64,000 nt of DNA from NCBI GenBank assembly GCA_051294375.1, contig CM119264.1, positions 5,417,197 through 5,481,196 on the forward strand. Reading direction: 5' to 3'. A model generated the notes under the pieces. It worked only from the letters and a program-made list of their open reading frames with translations. It did no database searches and was not told where the DNA came from. Origin of the DNA: Paraspadella gotoi. Lineage: Eukaryota > Animalia > Chaetognatha. Below are positions 50,843-64,000 of the stretch, one piece after another (the first letter of the stretch is position 1; the number at the start of each line of letters is the position of its first letter). Made by a program: the position numbers and the translations under genes.

Positions 50843-53800
50843 AATCGTCGTCGTTGATGATCAGACCGGATCCACTTTTACCGTTTCCTCGTGCTCTCCT
50901 TACATTTTTTCCAACTATTTTCCTTTTCCCTCCACTTTATTTTATCTTCCTTCCCTTTTCCATCTTTTCCCCTCCTACTTCATTTAATTTTTCCTCTTCA
51001 TTCTATATTCTTAATTCTCCCTCCTTAATTCCTTCTCTCTTTACTCTTTTCTTCCCCTATCCCCTACCATTCTCACTTCACTCTCTTCTTCTCTCCTTAA
51101 CAATCACTCCCCCCACCTACTTCCCCCACAATTCCCTCCCCCCTGCCTCCCCCACTAATCCCTCCCCCTGTCCTCCCCTAACAATTCTGCCCCGCCTGCC
51201 CCCCAACAATCCCTCCATCCCTGCCTCCCTCCCACAATTCCTACCCTCTGCTTCCCCCCACAATCCTTCATCCCTTTTAACGGTTTTCTACTCACCCTCA
51301 ATTTCTTTCCATCCTTTCTTCAGTCTCCTCTCTCTCTCCCCCCTTCTCTTTCCTTTCCTCTTTTTTCCTTTCCTCCTTCACTATCTTTCCCCCTTCCCTT
51401 GCTTCCTGCCCTCAGTCTCTCCCCCACTTTCCGCCATCCCTCTTCCCCCCTTCCTCCCCCCCAGGCGTCTATCGAATCCCTCATCATCGGCGCGTCGCTC
51501 CGCCCTCTTCCTCCTCCTTTGCAATCCCTCCTCCTCCTCAAATATCGCGACATCTTTTGCTCGATGGCGGCGGCGGACGGAGCAGCCAATCAGATGCGAA
51601 GTCGCGAGAGACAGGTGATTATTGATAGCGGTTGCAGGATAATTCGGATGGTTCGATGAGTGGAGGGTGTTGTTGGGTGATTGGATTGACTGATTATGTA
51701 AGCGTGCAAAGTCGATAAGGCGAAAAATAGGATCTCTTCTCTTTGGACTTTCCCAAACAAGGAAGTCTAGAGGAACCGCTTCTTTGATTTCCAAACGAGG
51801 AAAAAAGAAGAGAAGGCTTTAACGAGAAGAAAAAAAGCTGAGGAAAGCGGGAAAGTGGAAAGGAGAAAAAGGAAAAAGAGGAAAGAGAAAAAAAAGGAAG
51901 GAGAAAAAGGAAAAAGAGGAAAGAAAAAAAAGAGGAAGGAGAAAAAAGAGGAAAGAGAAAAGGGAAAAGAGAAAAAAGAAAAAAAGAAGAAAAAAGAAAA
52001 GAGAAAAAAGAGGAAAGAAAAAAANNNNNNNNNNNNNNNNNNNNNNNNNNNNNNNNNNNNNNNNNNNNNNNNNNNNNNNNNNNNNNNNNNNNNNNNNNNN
52101 NNNNNNNNNNNNNNNNNNNNNNNNNNNNNNNNNNNNNNNNNNNNNNNNNNNNNNNNNNNNNNNNNNNNNNNNNNNNNNNNNAAAGAGGAAAGATGAAAAG
52201 AAAAAGGAGGAAAGGGAAAAAGGAAAAAGAGGCAAGAGAAAAAAGAGGAAAGAGAAGAAAGGAGAAAAAGTCAAAAAATGAGAAAACGGGAGAAAAAAAG
52301 TTCAAAAACAACAATTATAAAAAAAGGAAAAAATAGAAAGGCTAAAATTAAAAAAAACGAAACAAAAAAAAATTGAAAATTTGGGGAAAAAAAGAGCAAA
52401 AGTTTCTAATAAAAAAAATAAAAACATGGAGCGCAAAATATCAAAAAATGTATATGAATAACCTAAAAACAAAAAAAGACGCGGCCCCACCAAACTATAT
52501 CAATGACAAAAATGTATTAAAAAGAGTGAAAACGTAAGACAAAAACAGTATTAAAAGCCGGAAAAGGTGAAAGAAATACAACAAATAAAATATGGAATAG
52601 AAAAAAAAAGCCCTAAAGAGAAGAGATCCTATTTTTCGCGACTTTGTAGCTTACATAACAGTCAATCGCAATCGACCCAAACCAAACCCTCCCACATCAT
52701 CGAACCCATCCGAATCTATCCTGCAACCGATCAATCAATCACCTGTCCTCCGAACTTCGCATCTGATTGGCTGCTCCGTCCGCCGCCGCCATCGAGCAAA
52801 AGATGTCGCGAATATTTGAGGAGAGAGGAAGAGGATGCAAAGGAGGAGGAAGAGGGCGAGGCGACGCGCCGATGATGAGGGATTCGTAGACGCCTTGGGG
52901 GGGAGGAAGGGGGGAAGAGGATGGCGGAAAGTGGGGGAGAGACAGTGAGGGAGGAAAGCGAAGGAAAGGGGGAAAAGATAGTGAAGGAGGAAAGGAAAAA
53001 GAGGAAAAGGAAAGAGAGGGGGAGAGAGAGAGGAGACTGAAAGATGGAAAGAAATTGAGGGTAGTAAAAACGTTAAGGAAGGGGATGAAGGGATTGTGGG
53101 GGGAAGCAGAGGGTAGGAATATGTGGGAGGAGGCAGGGAGGAGGGATTGTTGGGGGGAGGCAGGGGCAGGGAATTGTTAGGGGAGGACAGTGGGTGGGGA
53201 TAGTGGGGAGGCAGGGGGGAAGGGAATTGTGGGGGAAGTAGGTGGGGGGGAGTGATTGAAGGAGAGAAGAAAGAGCAGTGAGTGAGAATGGTAGGGGATA
53301 GGGGAAGAAAAGAGTAAAGAGAGAAGGAATTAAGGAAGGGAGAGATTAAGAATATAGGAATGAAGAGGAAAATTAAATGAAGTAGGAGGGGAAAAGATGG
53401 GAAAAGGGAAGGGAAGATAAAATAAAGTGGAGGGAAAAGGAAAATAGTGGAAAAAATGTAAGGGAGAGCACGAGGAAACGGTAAAAAGTGGATCCGGTCT
53501 GATCATCACGAGCGACGATTACGACGACGACGACGACGACGACGACGACCGACGCGAAGCGAAAATGAGGAAAGTCGACGGCGCGGAATGTATTAACCCG
53601 CGGTATATTTATTTTTAGTTTCCTTATTTTTATTTTTCGCGTTTTCATTTCGTCGATGATAAGATGACGCTCCTTTCCCGTTTGTATTTTTGACGAGTGA
53701 AAAAGTAAGTTTGTTTAAATTTTCTTCCGCTTCTCATACTATCTTCGAGACTTATCTCGATATAATTTCTCGACACGCGCCGTTTGTCTTAACATTTATT

Positions 53801-54579
53801 AGCCAATAAGCCATTTTCTTCCGTGGTGATAATCCAATCAGGACTCACCTATGATTCCAGATCTCCCATTGGTCATCGTTCCGCCGTGAGCTTCAGTCCC
53901 CCATTGGCTCGCGGTCCGAACTCCGGGTTCCAAATCCAAACCTGAAAGCAGAAATCCGGAACATGAGCGGGTGAAGACGGGCGGGTACCGAGACAGATGG
54001 CTTGCAAGGATACAGAGACAGGCGAAAGCGCGTTCAGGCGTTTCAGGTCAACGACAGGCGACGTGTTACAGGTCGTAACGATGTTTTTAGACGACGCGTG
54101 GCTTCTGTCTTGGTCGTCACAGAATTCTCCATAACGGAAATGGAGGATGTGTGAAAATTTTGTCACTGTCGGTGTCAGAGTAATTGTGAGTCACAATGTC
54201 ACGTTGTCAGTGAGACTAAAAGTTCCACGTCAACAAATCATGTTCTCACCAACATGCCTCCGTCCTATTCACAAGAACCAACTCTATCATACCGCGCCAA
54301 CGTCATATTTACCGAGTCAGGGTGACATTCACGGCGCCAAAGTGAAAGTCGACGTGACACCGAAACTCAAAAAATTCACCTAAGACTCAACCGACGATAG
54401 AGGGAGATGTTGGAGGCGGCGGCGGCGAGGCGTCCGTGTGAGAGGAGGAAGAGGAGGAGGAGAAGGATGAGAGGGGGATGAAGAAGAGGAGTGGAAGGAA
54501 GCTCCGAGAGATTGATGGATTCCGAAGAGTGGAGACCTGAAAGGGGAAGAGAGAAGTGGTGGTCTGAGAGAGAGAGAGA

Positions 54580-54636
<57 letters not shown>

Positions 54637-56757
54637 GAGAGGCCCATCTCCAAAAAGGCGGAGAAGAGATTCTCTTAAAGGGAAAAGGACTTCCCAAACA
54701 AGGAAGTTAGAGGAACCGCTTTCTTTGATTTCCAAACGAGGAAAAAAAGAAGAGAAGGCTTTAACGAGAAGAAAAAAAAGCTGAGGAAAGCGGGAAGTGG
54801 AAAAGGAGAAAAAGAAAAGAGGAAAGAGAAAAAAAAAAAGGAAGGAGAAAAAGGAAAAAGGGAAAGAGAAAAAAAAGAGGAAGGAGAAAAAAGAGGAAAG
54901 AGAAAAAGGGGAAAAGAGGAAAAGAGAAAAAAAGAGAAGAAAAAGAAAAGAGAAAAAGAGGAAAGAAAAAAAACGAGGAATTAAAAAAAGAGAAAATAGA
55001 AAAAAGAGAAAAATAAAAAGGAAAAAGAGGAAATGGAAAAAAGAGGAAAGATGAAAAGAAAAAAGGAGGAAAGGGAAAAAGGAAAAAGAGGAAAGAGAAA
55101 AAAGAGGAAAGAGAAGAAAGGGGAAAAAGTCAAAAAATGAGAGAACGGAGAGAAAAAAAGTTCAAAACAACAATTAGAAAAAAAAGGAAAGAAATAGAAA
55201 GGCTAAAATTGAGAAAAACGAACCAAAAAAATTTGAAAATTTGGGGAAAAAAAGAGCAAAAGTTTCTGAGTAAAAAGTAAAAAAATATCAAAAAATGTAT
55301 ATGATAACCTAAACAAAAAAAAAGACGCGGTCCCACAAACTATATCAATGACAAAATGTATTAAAAAGAGTGAAAAAATGTAGACAAAACAGTATTAAAA
55401 GCCGGAAAAGGGAAAGGAATACAACAAATAAAATATGGAATAGAAAAAAAAAAGCCCTTTAAAAATGTAGAACTCTAAAAAAAACCGCGTTTANNNNNNN
55501 NNNNNNNNNNNNNNNNNNACGTGAATTGACAGGAGGCGCCGCCAGGAGGGAGAAGGGACGAAGGGCGAAGGCGACGAAGATTTACCTTTGACAGCGGAGA
55601 ATCGAAGGGTGGGACGTGAGATGTCGAGAACTTACCCGGGAAATTCCCAAATTCAAAGGTATGTAGATTTTGGATGGAATGTTGGCCCAATTTTGGAACT
55701 TACTCAAACAGCAGAGGTGAATGAGAAGAGGAAGAAATGAACTTACCCAGGCAGGAGAGAGAAAGAGTGAGATGGTTGAACTGCGACGTTAAAAAGTTGA
55801 AGAGAATCGTTTGATTCAAAGAAATAGATGCCACACTGAAAACGAGTAAAAAGAATGATTGAAAAAAATTAATCAATCAATCAATAAATCAATCAAACGA
55901 ACGAATGAATGAATAAATGAGTACCGCGACCCACCTGAGATTGTCGGTAAATGACGAGAGATGGAACTGAGCGATGTCGGTGGTGAGGTTGACGCCGCCC
56001 GGGATCAACGGCGGCGGCAGCGTTGAAGTAGGTTTCGATGAGACGCGGCTTCGGTTCTGCGGGGAAAAGAAAAAGGTGATTCTTTCATAATGAGTTGCCA
56101 CGAGCCAGTGACCGGTCTGGAACGCGGAACTTCTCGGGCCAATAATGAACTAATTTAATTTCACATCGGGCCTGTAACTCCGCGCGTTTTCTTTTAATTA
56201 TCATTGGCCATACGTTTTTTGTCCATAGTTTTTTTTTTATATCTTAACAAATAACATCTCGCGGATGCGGCAAAAAAAAAAGCGGGGAATTAATTAGCGC
56301 GGAGTATCCCACCGCCGACTCAAAGAAAGAAATATAAGATAAACGACTTTGAAAGGCATCGATTCAGAAATTGTGTTTTAATTAAATGGAAGAAGAAGAA
56401 AGAAAGAAAAAAAAAGGAAAATTCCCCGCGCGGCGCATCTTTTCTCCGCCTTTCATTTCCTTTCCAGTTTTTTTCTTTTACTTTTTCTTTTTTTTTCTAT
56501 CTTTTTTTTTCTTTCTTTCGCTTTTGTTTATCGTTATTGTCGACCTGAATCTACTAATGTATTTTCTATCCTTCTTCTGTCTTTCTTCTGTCTTTAAACC
56601 TTTCGATATTCTCTCATTTTTTTTTTATAATCGAACTTTTACTTCTGATTTTAATGTTTTTTTTTCTTTTATTTATAGTTTTCTTCCGTTATTGGAACTA
56701 GTCTGGATTAAAAGAATATCTTCTTTCATATATACTTAATTACTTATTGCAAATACT

Positions 56758-56792
<35 letters not shown>

Positions 56793-59700
56793 CTCTCTCT
56801 CTCTCTCTGCTCTCTCTCTCTCTCTCTCTCTCTCCCTCTCTCCAGTAAAACTCTTGTTTACTTTCCATCAACATTTACCCGCCGCCCATAATTGCACCAT
56901 AAAGTCGTCGGGAATCTTAGGGAAACACAATATGGCGGCGGCCGTCGAAAAAAAAACTCCGAAAACAAAAGTCTCGCGCCAACGATTTTTTTTTCTAAAT
57001 AAATAATCCGCTCATTTTTTTTTCCAAATCTTTCCCCTTCCAGGCCCCTTTACTTCTTATTTTAAAGTCTTTTTTCATTCAGAAAATCATTAATAAAAAT
57101 AGAAGAAAAAATTACCAGATTTTAATGTTAGTTTTTATTAAAGAAAATGCAATATTTCTAAGACTTTTGTCTTCATCAAGGGCATGTCCTTGATGCCCTT
57201 GATGTCCTTTAATAAAAACTCAGATTAAAATCTTGTCATTTTTTCATCAATTTTTATGGCAAGCCGAGATCCAAAAACTAATGATTTTCTAAACTACAAT
57301 TCTTTCCAAAATGATCACTCTGAATAACTACAGTCCTTTTTAATCTTTTCTCTCTCCATAGCTTAAATTAAAATAAGCCAGATAGCTTATTTATAAAATA
57401 AATGGATAATTTTTAAATCGGTTGTACCAATTTCATAAATACACGAAATTCTTTGTCAGCGATTCCGAGTTTCTATAACTCACCCTATAAATTCTAATTC
57501 GACCCATATTTATTTATTACTCCCAATATTTTCACTCTTTTACCCTTTGCGCCTTTACTTTATCGCCTCCACCCATGAACCATTTCTGCCCTCCCCCCAA
57601 CCTCGCCCCCCCCCACCGCCCCCTCTTCCTCCGTCTTCAAGCACGCACCCTTCCCCGTATTTTTTATGGATGAGTTTTTATGGCGAATTAAAAGGGAGTC
57701 ACGCCTCCCGCATGTCAAACTGGGGGAAATTTTCTTCCGAAAAACTCCTCATAAAAAAAAAGCCACCATAAGGGAGAGGATGAGCGGAAGGGCGGTGGAC
57801 TGAGGAGAGGGCGAAGACAGAATTTTGCTGGTGTACGGGTGGGCGAAGTGGAGGTAGAAGGTGGGACGCGGCGAACAGGCGCTGGGAACAATGGCGAAGG
57901 CGAAGCGGTAGCGAGGGGAGCGAGGCGACAGGCGCAAGGCGAAGGCAGAGGCGAGGGTGGAGTGCCGAGCAGGCGGAGGCGTGAGAGGACGGAGGCGAGG
58001 CGGAGGCGAAGCAGAAAGGCATTGTAGGCTGTGTTTATGGGGGTGGGAGGCGACGGGCGCGGAGGCGAGGGTCGTAGGCTGAAGTGGAGGGCGGTCTGAG
58101 GCGCAAGATGGCAGGCGGCGCGAGGCGCAAGTGGAGGCGGGGAACGAAGAGGAGGCGGAAGATGGAAGATTAAACTAAGATTAACCGGCTTACAGTTAAA
58201 ACTTTCTCTGGACTCACGAGTTCAGGGCTCTCATTAACTCTCGAAATATGGGCTAAAATTTCTTATATTCGAGATCAGACGCCCGGCGGGAATAATCGGT
58301 TTATTGCCCACCTGACGGATTTCAAGAAATTTCAAAATTTTTGCGCTCCAGCCCTAAATTTTTTAAAAAATTATTTCTCATCTAGTCTAAAAGTATTAAC
58401 CCAAAATAAATAAAATTTTTATTGAAAGTCGTCCTAAGTTGAAGCTATAAAATGACGTTAAAAAAATTTAAAAAATTATTTCTAATTTTTATGTTATTTT
58501 TGAAAAGTTGTAAAAAAGCTATGATACCATTGTTCCTTTAAAAAGAGTTCAATTTTAAAAAATTCTTGATACAAACAATTCTCTCTCTCGTGAGATTGCT
58601 GTGTAAGAATACTTTATCATTAAAAAATTTGTTTAATATGAAAATCTTTTTATAATTATCAAAAAAAGGAAAAATGCTAAAATATATTATGTTAAATCTG
58701 AATTGTCTCAATACATTCCAAAAGTAGAAGCTATACTGATTCTAAATATACTAACACATTTAAAAAATATTTTTTACAACCAGAGATATTTATTACAAAG
58801 TGACAAAAAATTGTAAAAATCAACCTTTTAAAGCTTAATAAAAATGATGGAATGAATATTTTATTCAATGAAATTTTGCATTCTATCCAAAAATTAACCA
58901 CATTTTATAGACAACCAAAACTTGCAACACTCACTTTCCCAAAAAAAAGATAACATTGAAAAAAGATATATTTTGGTAATTTGAGAAATCTATTTTTGAA
59001 CATTCAATGAATTTTTGAATCGTTAATTAATTAAAAAATATCGATAATAGATCAGTCAGTCCTGGGATAACTATATACTCAATAGTATTCATTCTGTCGA
59101 GATCCACAGTTAGAATTTTTTTTTTATAAAATAGGCAATGAGTTGGTCAAATAAATGATGGTAGGTAAATTTGGAAGAAAATGGATTGAATTTAATTAAA
59201 TCTTTATGTTTCACCATAGATAGCCCCCTTTCAAAGTTTTCTTGTTCTAAACGTCTGCCTCGCCAAAAGACAAAAGAAGGACCCTGTTATGTAACTTACC
59301 ATAAGGTAAGGTCGACTGTCTTGAAAATTAATCTAACAAAGATCAACAAGACCAAAATATTATTTAAGCGCTTTGCTTCATTAATCATTAACGATTCCCC
59401 AGTTGTTTGTTTGTCAAAGTCTGAAAAATTTGCATCGCTGCTTTTAGTTAAGCTTATTGAGGTTGTTGAAAAGTGGTCATGAGTGTGATAGTAATAAAAA
59501 TAATGAGTGAGAGATTAATGGAAAGAATGAGATTATTCAATGTGAGATTGATGGAGAGAAAGAAAGATTGATTGGGAAAATTGATAAAGAGAAGGAGAGA
59601 GAGTGAGAGTTTTTGATGGAGAGAAAGAAAAATTGAGAAATTTGGAGAAAAAAAATGAATTAAGAAATTGATGTAGAGAGAAAAGATTGATTGAGAGATA

Positions 59701-61362
59701 AATAAAATTAATATTATGGCAACGTGAATAAATTAGACAAAGTTTAAATATTCAAAATTATAACATTTAATATTAATAATATTAATATTATAATAATTAA
59801 AATAATATTTTAAAAATAGATTCTGATAAAGAGTTAAAAAAGTTATATAAAGGTAAGTACTACAAATTTAAAATTATTAATGATAAATGGGTTAAAATTA
59901 GACTTTTACTCACTCTTCATCCCTGTCCTCATCTTCACCGATGTCAAATCTGACCACTGTCCGCTTACTAAATTCTTTGTGTTGGAAACTCTCTCTCTCT
60001 CTCTCCTCTCGTCTCTCTCAGTCATTCAGTCTCTCGTTTATCGACATTCAATGTTTGAAATACATTTACATTTATTGGTTGTCTTGATATTCAAATGCTG
60101 ATGAAGGGCTTGAGAACAAAGCCGAAACATGTCCAAATTTTATGCCTATAAAATTATTTTGTTGTTCCACGAAATTTTTGTTTCTTCTAATTCAACAAAA
60201 CAACAAAATGAAAGGATTATACACAATGTCTATCCAGAGAAAAACCTTAAAAATTATCATGCATCATATGTGTTGAGGAACAGAAGTAGTCACGGCCATG
60301 CCTTGGCAGGTGTATCTACCATCCATTGACCCATCGCGCCATTACTGGGAAGACTGCCGTCACTTCCCTCATTCGCCGGAAGTGGGGCGCGGCCGCATCC
60401 AGCGCCCCTTTTGGTGGCCGGCCGTTGCGAGTGACGCGAGACCCTTTGTCGCGAGGGTGTCAGCCTCTTGTCACTGCCTCAGTCAGTTGTCCAAAGTCCA
60501 TCAGAAGTGTTGGGACACCACAAGTCTATTGCCCACGTTACAAGACGTCATGATCTGCTACAAGTGGTGACAAAAACGTGACTGAGTGGCAACGTGCCTC
60601 AGGCCCTGTAAAAAGGTCGTTTTAGGTATCGTGTTGATGGTCTCATCAGTGTACTGGACATCATCTCTGTGAAACTGTGAAAAGGGTAAATAGTAGCTAA
60701 TTGAGATCACAGGCAGATTAGGCTTGCCCCAGCGTAGAACAAATTGTATTGAAATCACGCATGATCATGATGATGCAAATAACAGAAAATGAGGAACGGC
60801 ATTTCTCTCAACAATATATCATCATCCATTAAATTTTAATAGTTTTTTGTTAATTTTCTAGACAAACAATTAAAATTTCAAAAAGTTTGTAATAATAACC
60901 TTCTTCTAACTTTCAAGCTCTATCAGATCCGTTAAAAAATAGAATTTAATAAAAAAAATTTTGGACCATTATATAGGTATTGGATAATTATAAAATAGCT
61001 TCATGCATTTAACCATTAATAAATTATTAATTTTTTTAAAATTTTACAATCTTTAATAAACACATTCAAATATATTACCAGACTTTTTTGTTAGTTCACT
61101 TACTTATACTCACGTTGTCGGTCCGTCGGTCCTCCCCAACTTATGTTGGTAAACATCATTTTATCATAACTCAGAAAATCGGAATGATGATAAATAAATG
61201 CAAAAAAAAAAAAAAAAGAATTTGATTTTCAACAACAATTTTTTTTGGGATTTATAAACGGACATGTTTGCGGCTTTGTAATTCAAACCATTCAATCTTT
61301 AATGGGTTTCATCAGACATTTGTAAAATTATAGTACGCATAACTATGGCATGAAAAAATGAA

Positions 61363-61398
<36 letters not shown>

Positions 61399-61425
61399 CA
61401 TAGACATAGTACAAGTATTCGATAT

Positions 61426-61474
<49 letters not shown>

Positions 61475-63515
61475 ACTGCTTATCCCTAATACCAACGCTA
61501 ATCCTAAAACCAGATTTCTAATCCTATATCCCTTGCCCTTAATCCTCATCCTTAACCCTAATCCCTAACCCTATCCATAAATATTCCTTCAATCTAAACT
61601 TATCCCTAACCAAAACCCTAACAAAACTTATGAGAACGCGGCCGTAATTTTCATTGGTAAGCTTCAGGCAATAACAACGCGCAACTTTGATTTCTGCCCC
61701 TATCTCTTTTTTCTCACTCACTCACTCACTCACTTGCTAACTCACTTACTCGTCACTTACTTTTTCACAACTCTTTTTCAAACTTATGTCTTTGTCTTGT
61801 TTTTTTCCGCACTGTCCTGTAAATATTGACCCGACGCTGTACTGTTATAAATATTTTTACCCTACAAAAATTAATTTTTCAATCTTAAACTTGTTGTGTA
61901 ACACTGCATCATTTTGGTTAATAACTTTGAACTAATTAAAAATTTTAAAAATCTGTTTTCTTCATTTTAAACTTTAAGTGCTATAAAATTACAGATACAA
62001 ATTTTAATTAATAATTTTTAGGTGGCTAGTTTTTATAAGTGAATTGAAAATTGTGTTTTTTTAGGTATTTTTGACAGTTATTGGGTCATATTACTAAAGT
62101 TAATTTTTAATAGTCTATATTATATACATATATTGGAATCAGCTTGATCCCCTCTTTTGCCTTGGGACAGAAAAATTTAATATAGACTGCATATCTCAAA
62201 AAAAGGACAAAATGTTTTTAATCTTGTAATCCAAGTTTTTCTAATGTGGTAATATTTTTTTTTTAATTTGGGGTTGTCTAGGTTAAAGTGCACGTTTTAC
62301 ATATTTTAAAATCATCACGTAATTTGATTTATTATTTTGACTATTTTAGTAAAAAAAAGTTTAAACTGATTTTATGTGATAACTCCTATGTTTTTTAAAA
62401 TACCTCCCTGAAATTAAATCAATATGTGCGGACATGGTAGTCGATTATATGGACCAAAAATAAAACAAATTAAAAAGAAATAGCTGTTTTAGAAGAAAAC
62501 AAAATTAAAAAATAAAATCAAGACCTAGCGCAAAATTTTTTGAATTGATATTTTCCATCAGGTGGGCAATAGAGCAAATTTTCCTTCATCTTTTTACGAA
62601 ATCTTAGGCTCATTATAACGATAACTTTATGAGTTATTCATTCCTGAATTCGTGGAGTCTAGAGAAAAGGTACTGTAAATTTTCGTCGATTTTTTTTTTT
62701 TTTCTTCTCTTTTTTTTTTTTTCTGAGAATAGACGACGCGATCAAAGTTGGTCGGTCGGTCGGTCATTTTCGTTAGTTTGGTGAGTTGGATGACTGATTG
62801 GGTGCGTTTTTTGATCGTTTGGTTTCTTTTTAGTAAATTTAGAATCTAGGTTGGTTAACGGTTATTAATACGCTCGTTTGGTTGCCTGAAAATATTGCTT
62901 GTTAGTTGACTTTTTGATTGACATATAAGTTTGATTGGGAGAAAAGTCGCTTGTTCAATTATTTCGAAAACAAGAAATTTTAAAAACCTCTATTTTTTTC
63001 CTCTCCCATCTTACAATCTCTTTGTCAATGCTTTAATACCTTTTACTTTCCTCTGGATATTCTCTCNNNNNNNNNNNNNNNNNNNNNNNNNNNNNNNNNN
63101 NNNNNNNNNNNNNNNNNNNNNNNNNNNNNNNNNNNNNNNNNNNNNNNNNNNNNNNNNNNNNNNNNNNNNNNNNNNNNNNNNNNNNNNNNNNNNNNNNNNN
63201 NNNNNNNNNNNNNNNNNNNNNNNNNNNNNNNNNNNNNNNNNNNNNNNNNCTCCCTCTATCCTCTCCTTCCTTCCTCTCTCGCTCCTCACCCTCCTCATCT
63301 TCCCTCCTTTCCTCCCTCCCTTTCTCCTCTCAGCCTTACTCCTCCCTCTCTCCCCCCTCAAAAAAAGGGGGGGGGAATTTCCTCTCGCGTCATAAACGCG
63401 ACGTCACCATCGACGGAGAGATATGAGGCGGAACTCGCGAAGGACGGAGAATCTTACGACTTCGCGTGACGCCGTTGGGGGCGACGAGGCCCCGACCGCG
63501 CATCGCTTTCCGCGC
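41108..63515 (-). CDS. Candidate upstream exons of the same minus-strand gene: 63515-63408, 56056-55935, 55780-55747, 54536-54380, 48061-47972, 47016-46868, 46722-46506, 44894-44708, 43710-~43358, ~41610-41528, 41183-41108
   Basis: GC-rich islands bounded by YAG and GTRAG-like sites, all on the minus strand; phases chain for 48061>47016>46722 (GWIWKPGVRT...GII/GVYRIPHH...FGGQ/DPVDAPLSVSSVLPSTTYFWEFKDC) and 63515>56056>55780. No folded domain recognised; gaps and duplications obscure the model. Confidence 0.5.
46746..55460. repeat. Triplicated ~2-2.9-kb block in +/-/+ orientation plus a direct duplicate of an A/G-rich block
   Basis: 46746-49500 (+), 49673-51745 (inverted), 52615-54686 (+); 51746-52612 repeats at 54687-55460. 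Copies differ mainly by single-base indels. Confidence 0.92.
57081..57290. repeat. ~210-bp imperfect fold-back element
   Basis: Arms AGAAAATCATTA/TAATGATTTTCT, AGATTTTAAT/ATTAAAATCT, AGTTTTTATTAAAG/CTTTAATAAAAACT, with inner hairpin CATCAAGGGCAT-7nt-ATGCCCTTGATG. Confidence 0.75.
57835..58165. repeat. Degenerate GC-rich GGCGA/GGAGGCG minisatellite
   Basis: Dense reiteration of ggcga(a)g and ggaggcg units. Confidence 0.6.
60308..60740 (+). mobile_element. Decayed Ty3/Gypsy-type integrase fragment
   Basis: HFPHSPEVGRGRIQRPFWWPAVASDARPFVA...C..SKVHQ resembles the H2C2 zinc-binding region (H..H.G...I...FWWP.+..D...FV..C..C..K); downstream GK**LIEITGR weakly resembles the integrase-core G..YLL.+.DRF, with stops. 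Confidence 0.5.
61481..61625 (+). repeat. Degenerate (CCCTAA)n telomere-like interstitial repeat
   Basis: 6-bp periodic ccctaa/cctaat/cctaac units. Confidence 0.6.
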
Positions 63516-64000
63516 CTAGAGGGCACCGTCAGGGCACAGTAAGGAATAGGGGGGGGCAGGATGGCACCNNNNNNNNNNNNNNNNNNNNNNNNNNNNNNNN
63601 NNNNNNNNNNNNNNNNNNNNNNNNNNNNNNNNNNNNNNNNNNNNNNNNNNNNNNNNNNNNNNNNNNNNNNNNNNNNNNNNNNNNNNNNNNNNNNNNNNNN
63701 NNNNNNNNNNNNNNNNNNNNNNNNNNNNNNNNNNNNNNNNNNNNNNNNNNNNNNNNNNNNNNNNNNNNNNNNNNNNNNNNNNNNNNNNNNNNNNNNNNNN
63801 NNNNNNNNNNNNNNNNNNNNNNNNNTTAACGACGAATTTTGATCCTTGAGAAAAAGTAGTAAGATTGAAAAGTTGATATTTATGAATTACGAGGAATGAT
63901 AATTGTTGGACAATTTAGAACTGAGAAATAATAGGAATAATTATCCTTTTCGATAGTGATATCTCTTTATAAACCGGAACCAGAAAATTTAAAATTTAAT

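Noticed and set aside
61481-61625. True telomere
   Set aside because: Highly degenerate, short and internal.

Overview
Eukaryotic (most likely invertebrate animal) draft-assembly sequence: AT-rich introns, abundant (AG)n/(CGA)n/(ATGA)n microsatellites, no obvious CpG depletion and many N-gaps. Most ORFs in the track are microsatellite or gap artefacts. By hand-splicing I recover (1) a minus-strand multi-exon ankyrin-repeat gene with a probable N-terminal TM segment (4837 to beyond base 1), (2) a clean 7-exon secreted CAP/SCP gene (12306-14120, 243 aa) with a GC-AG intron, a 21-nt microexon and an intronic tRNA-Gly-derived SINE, (3) a ~959-aa type II membrane receptor (33250-37722) with a coiled-coil-like stalk, two C-type lectin domains and a third CTLD apparently split by an inserted group-A SRCR domain (the most novel item), and (4) a long low-complexity minus-strand gene (~63.5 kb to 40.1 kb) ending in a polyQ/H exon with tandem YVN motifs. 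Large inverted duplications (14.7-21.6 kb vs 23.5-32.1 kb; 46.7-55.5 kb) look like uncollapsed haplotypes and long-read artefacts, but the first pair exposes polymorphic insertions. All calls are by eye; no database searches were run.
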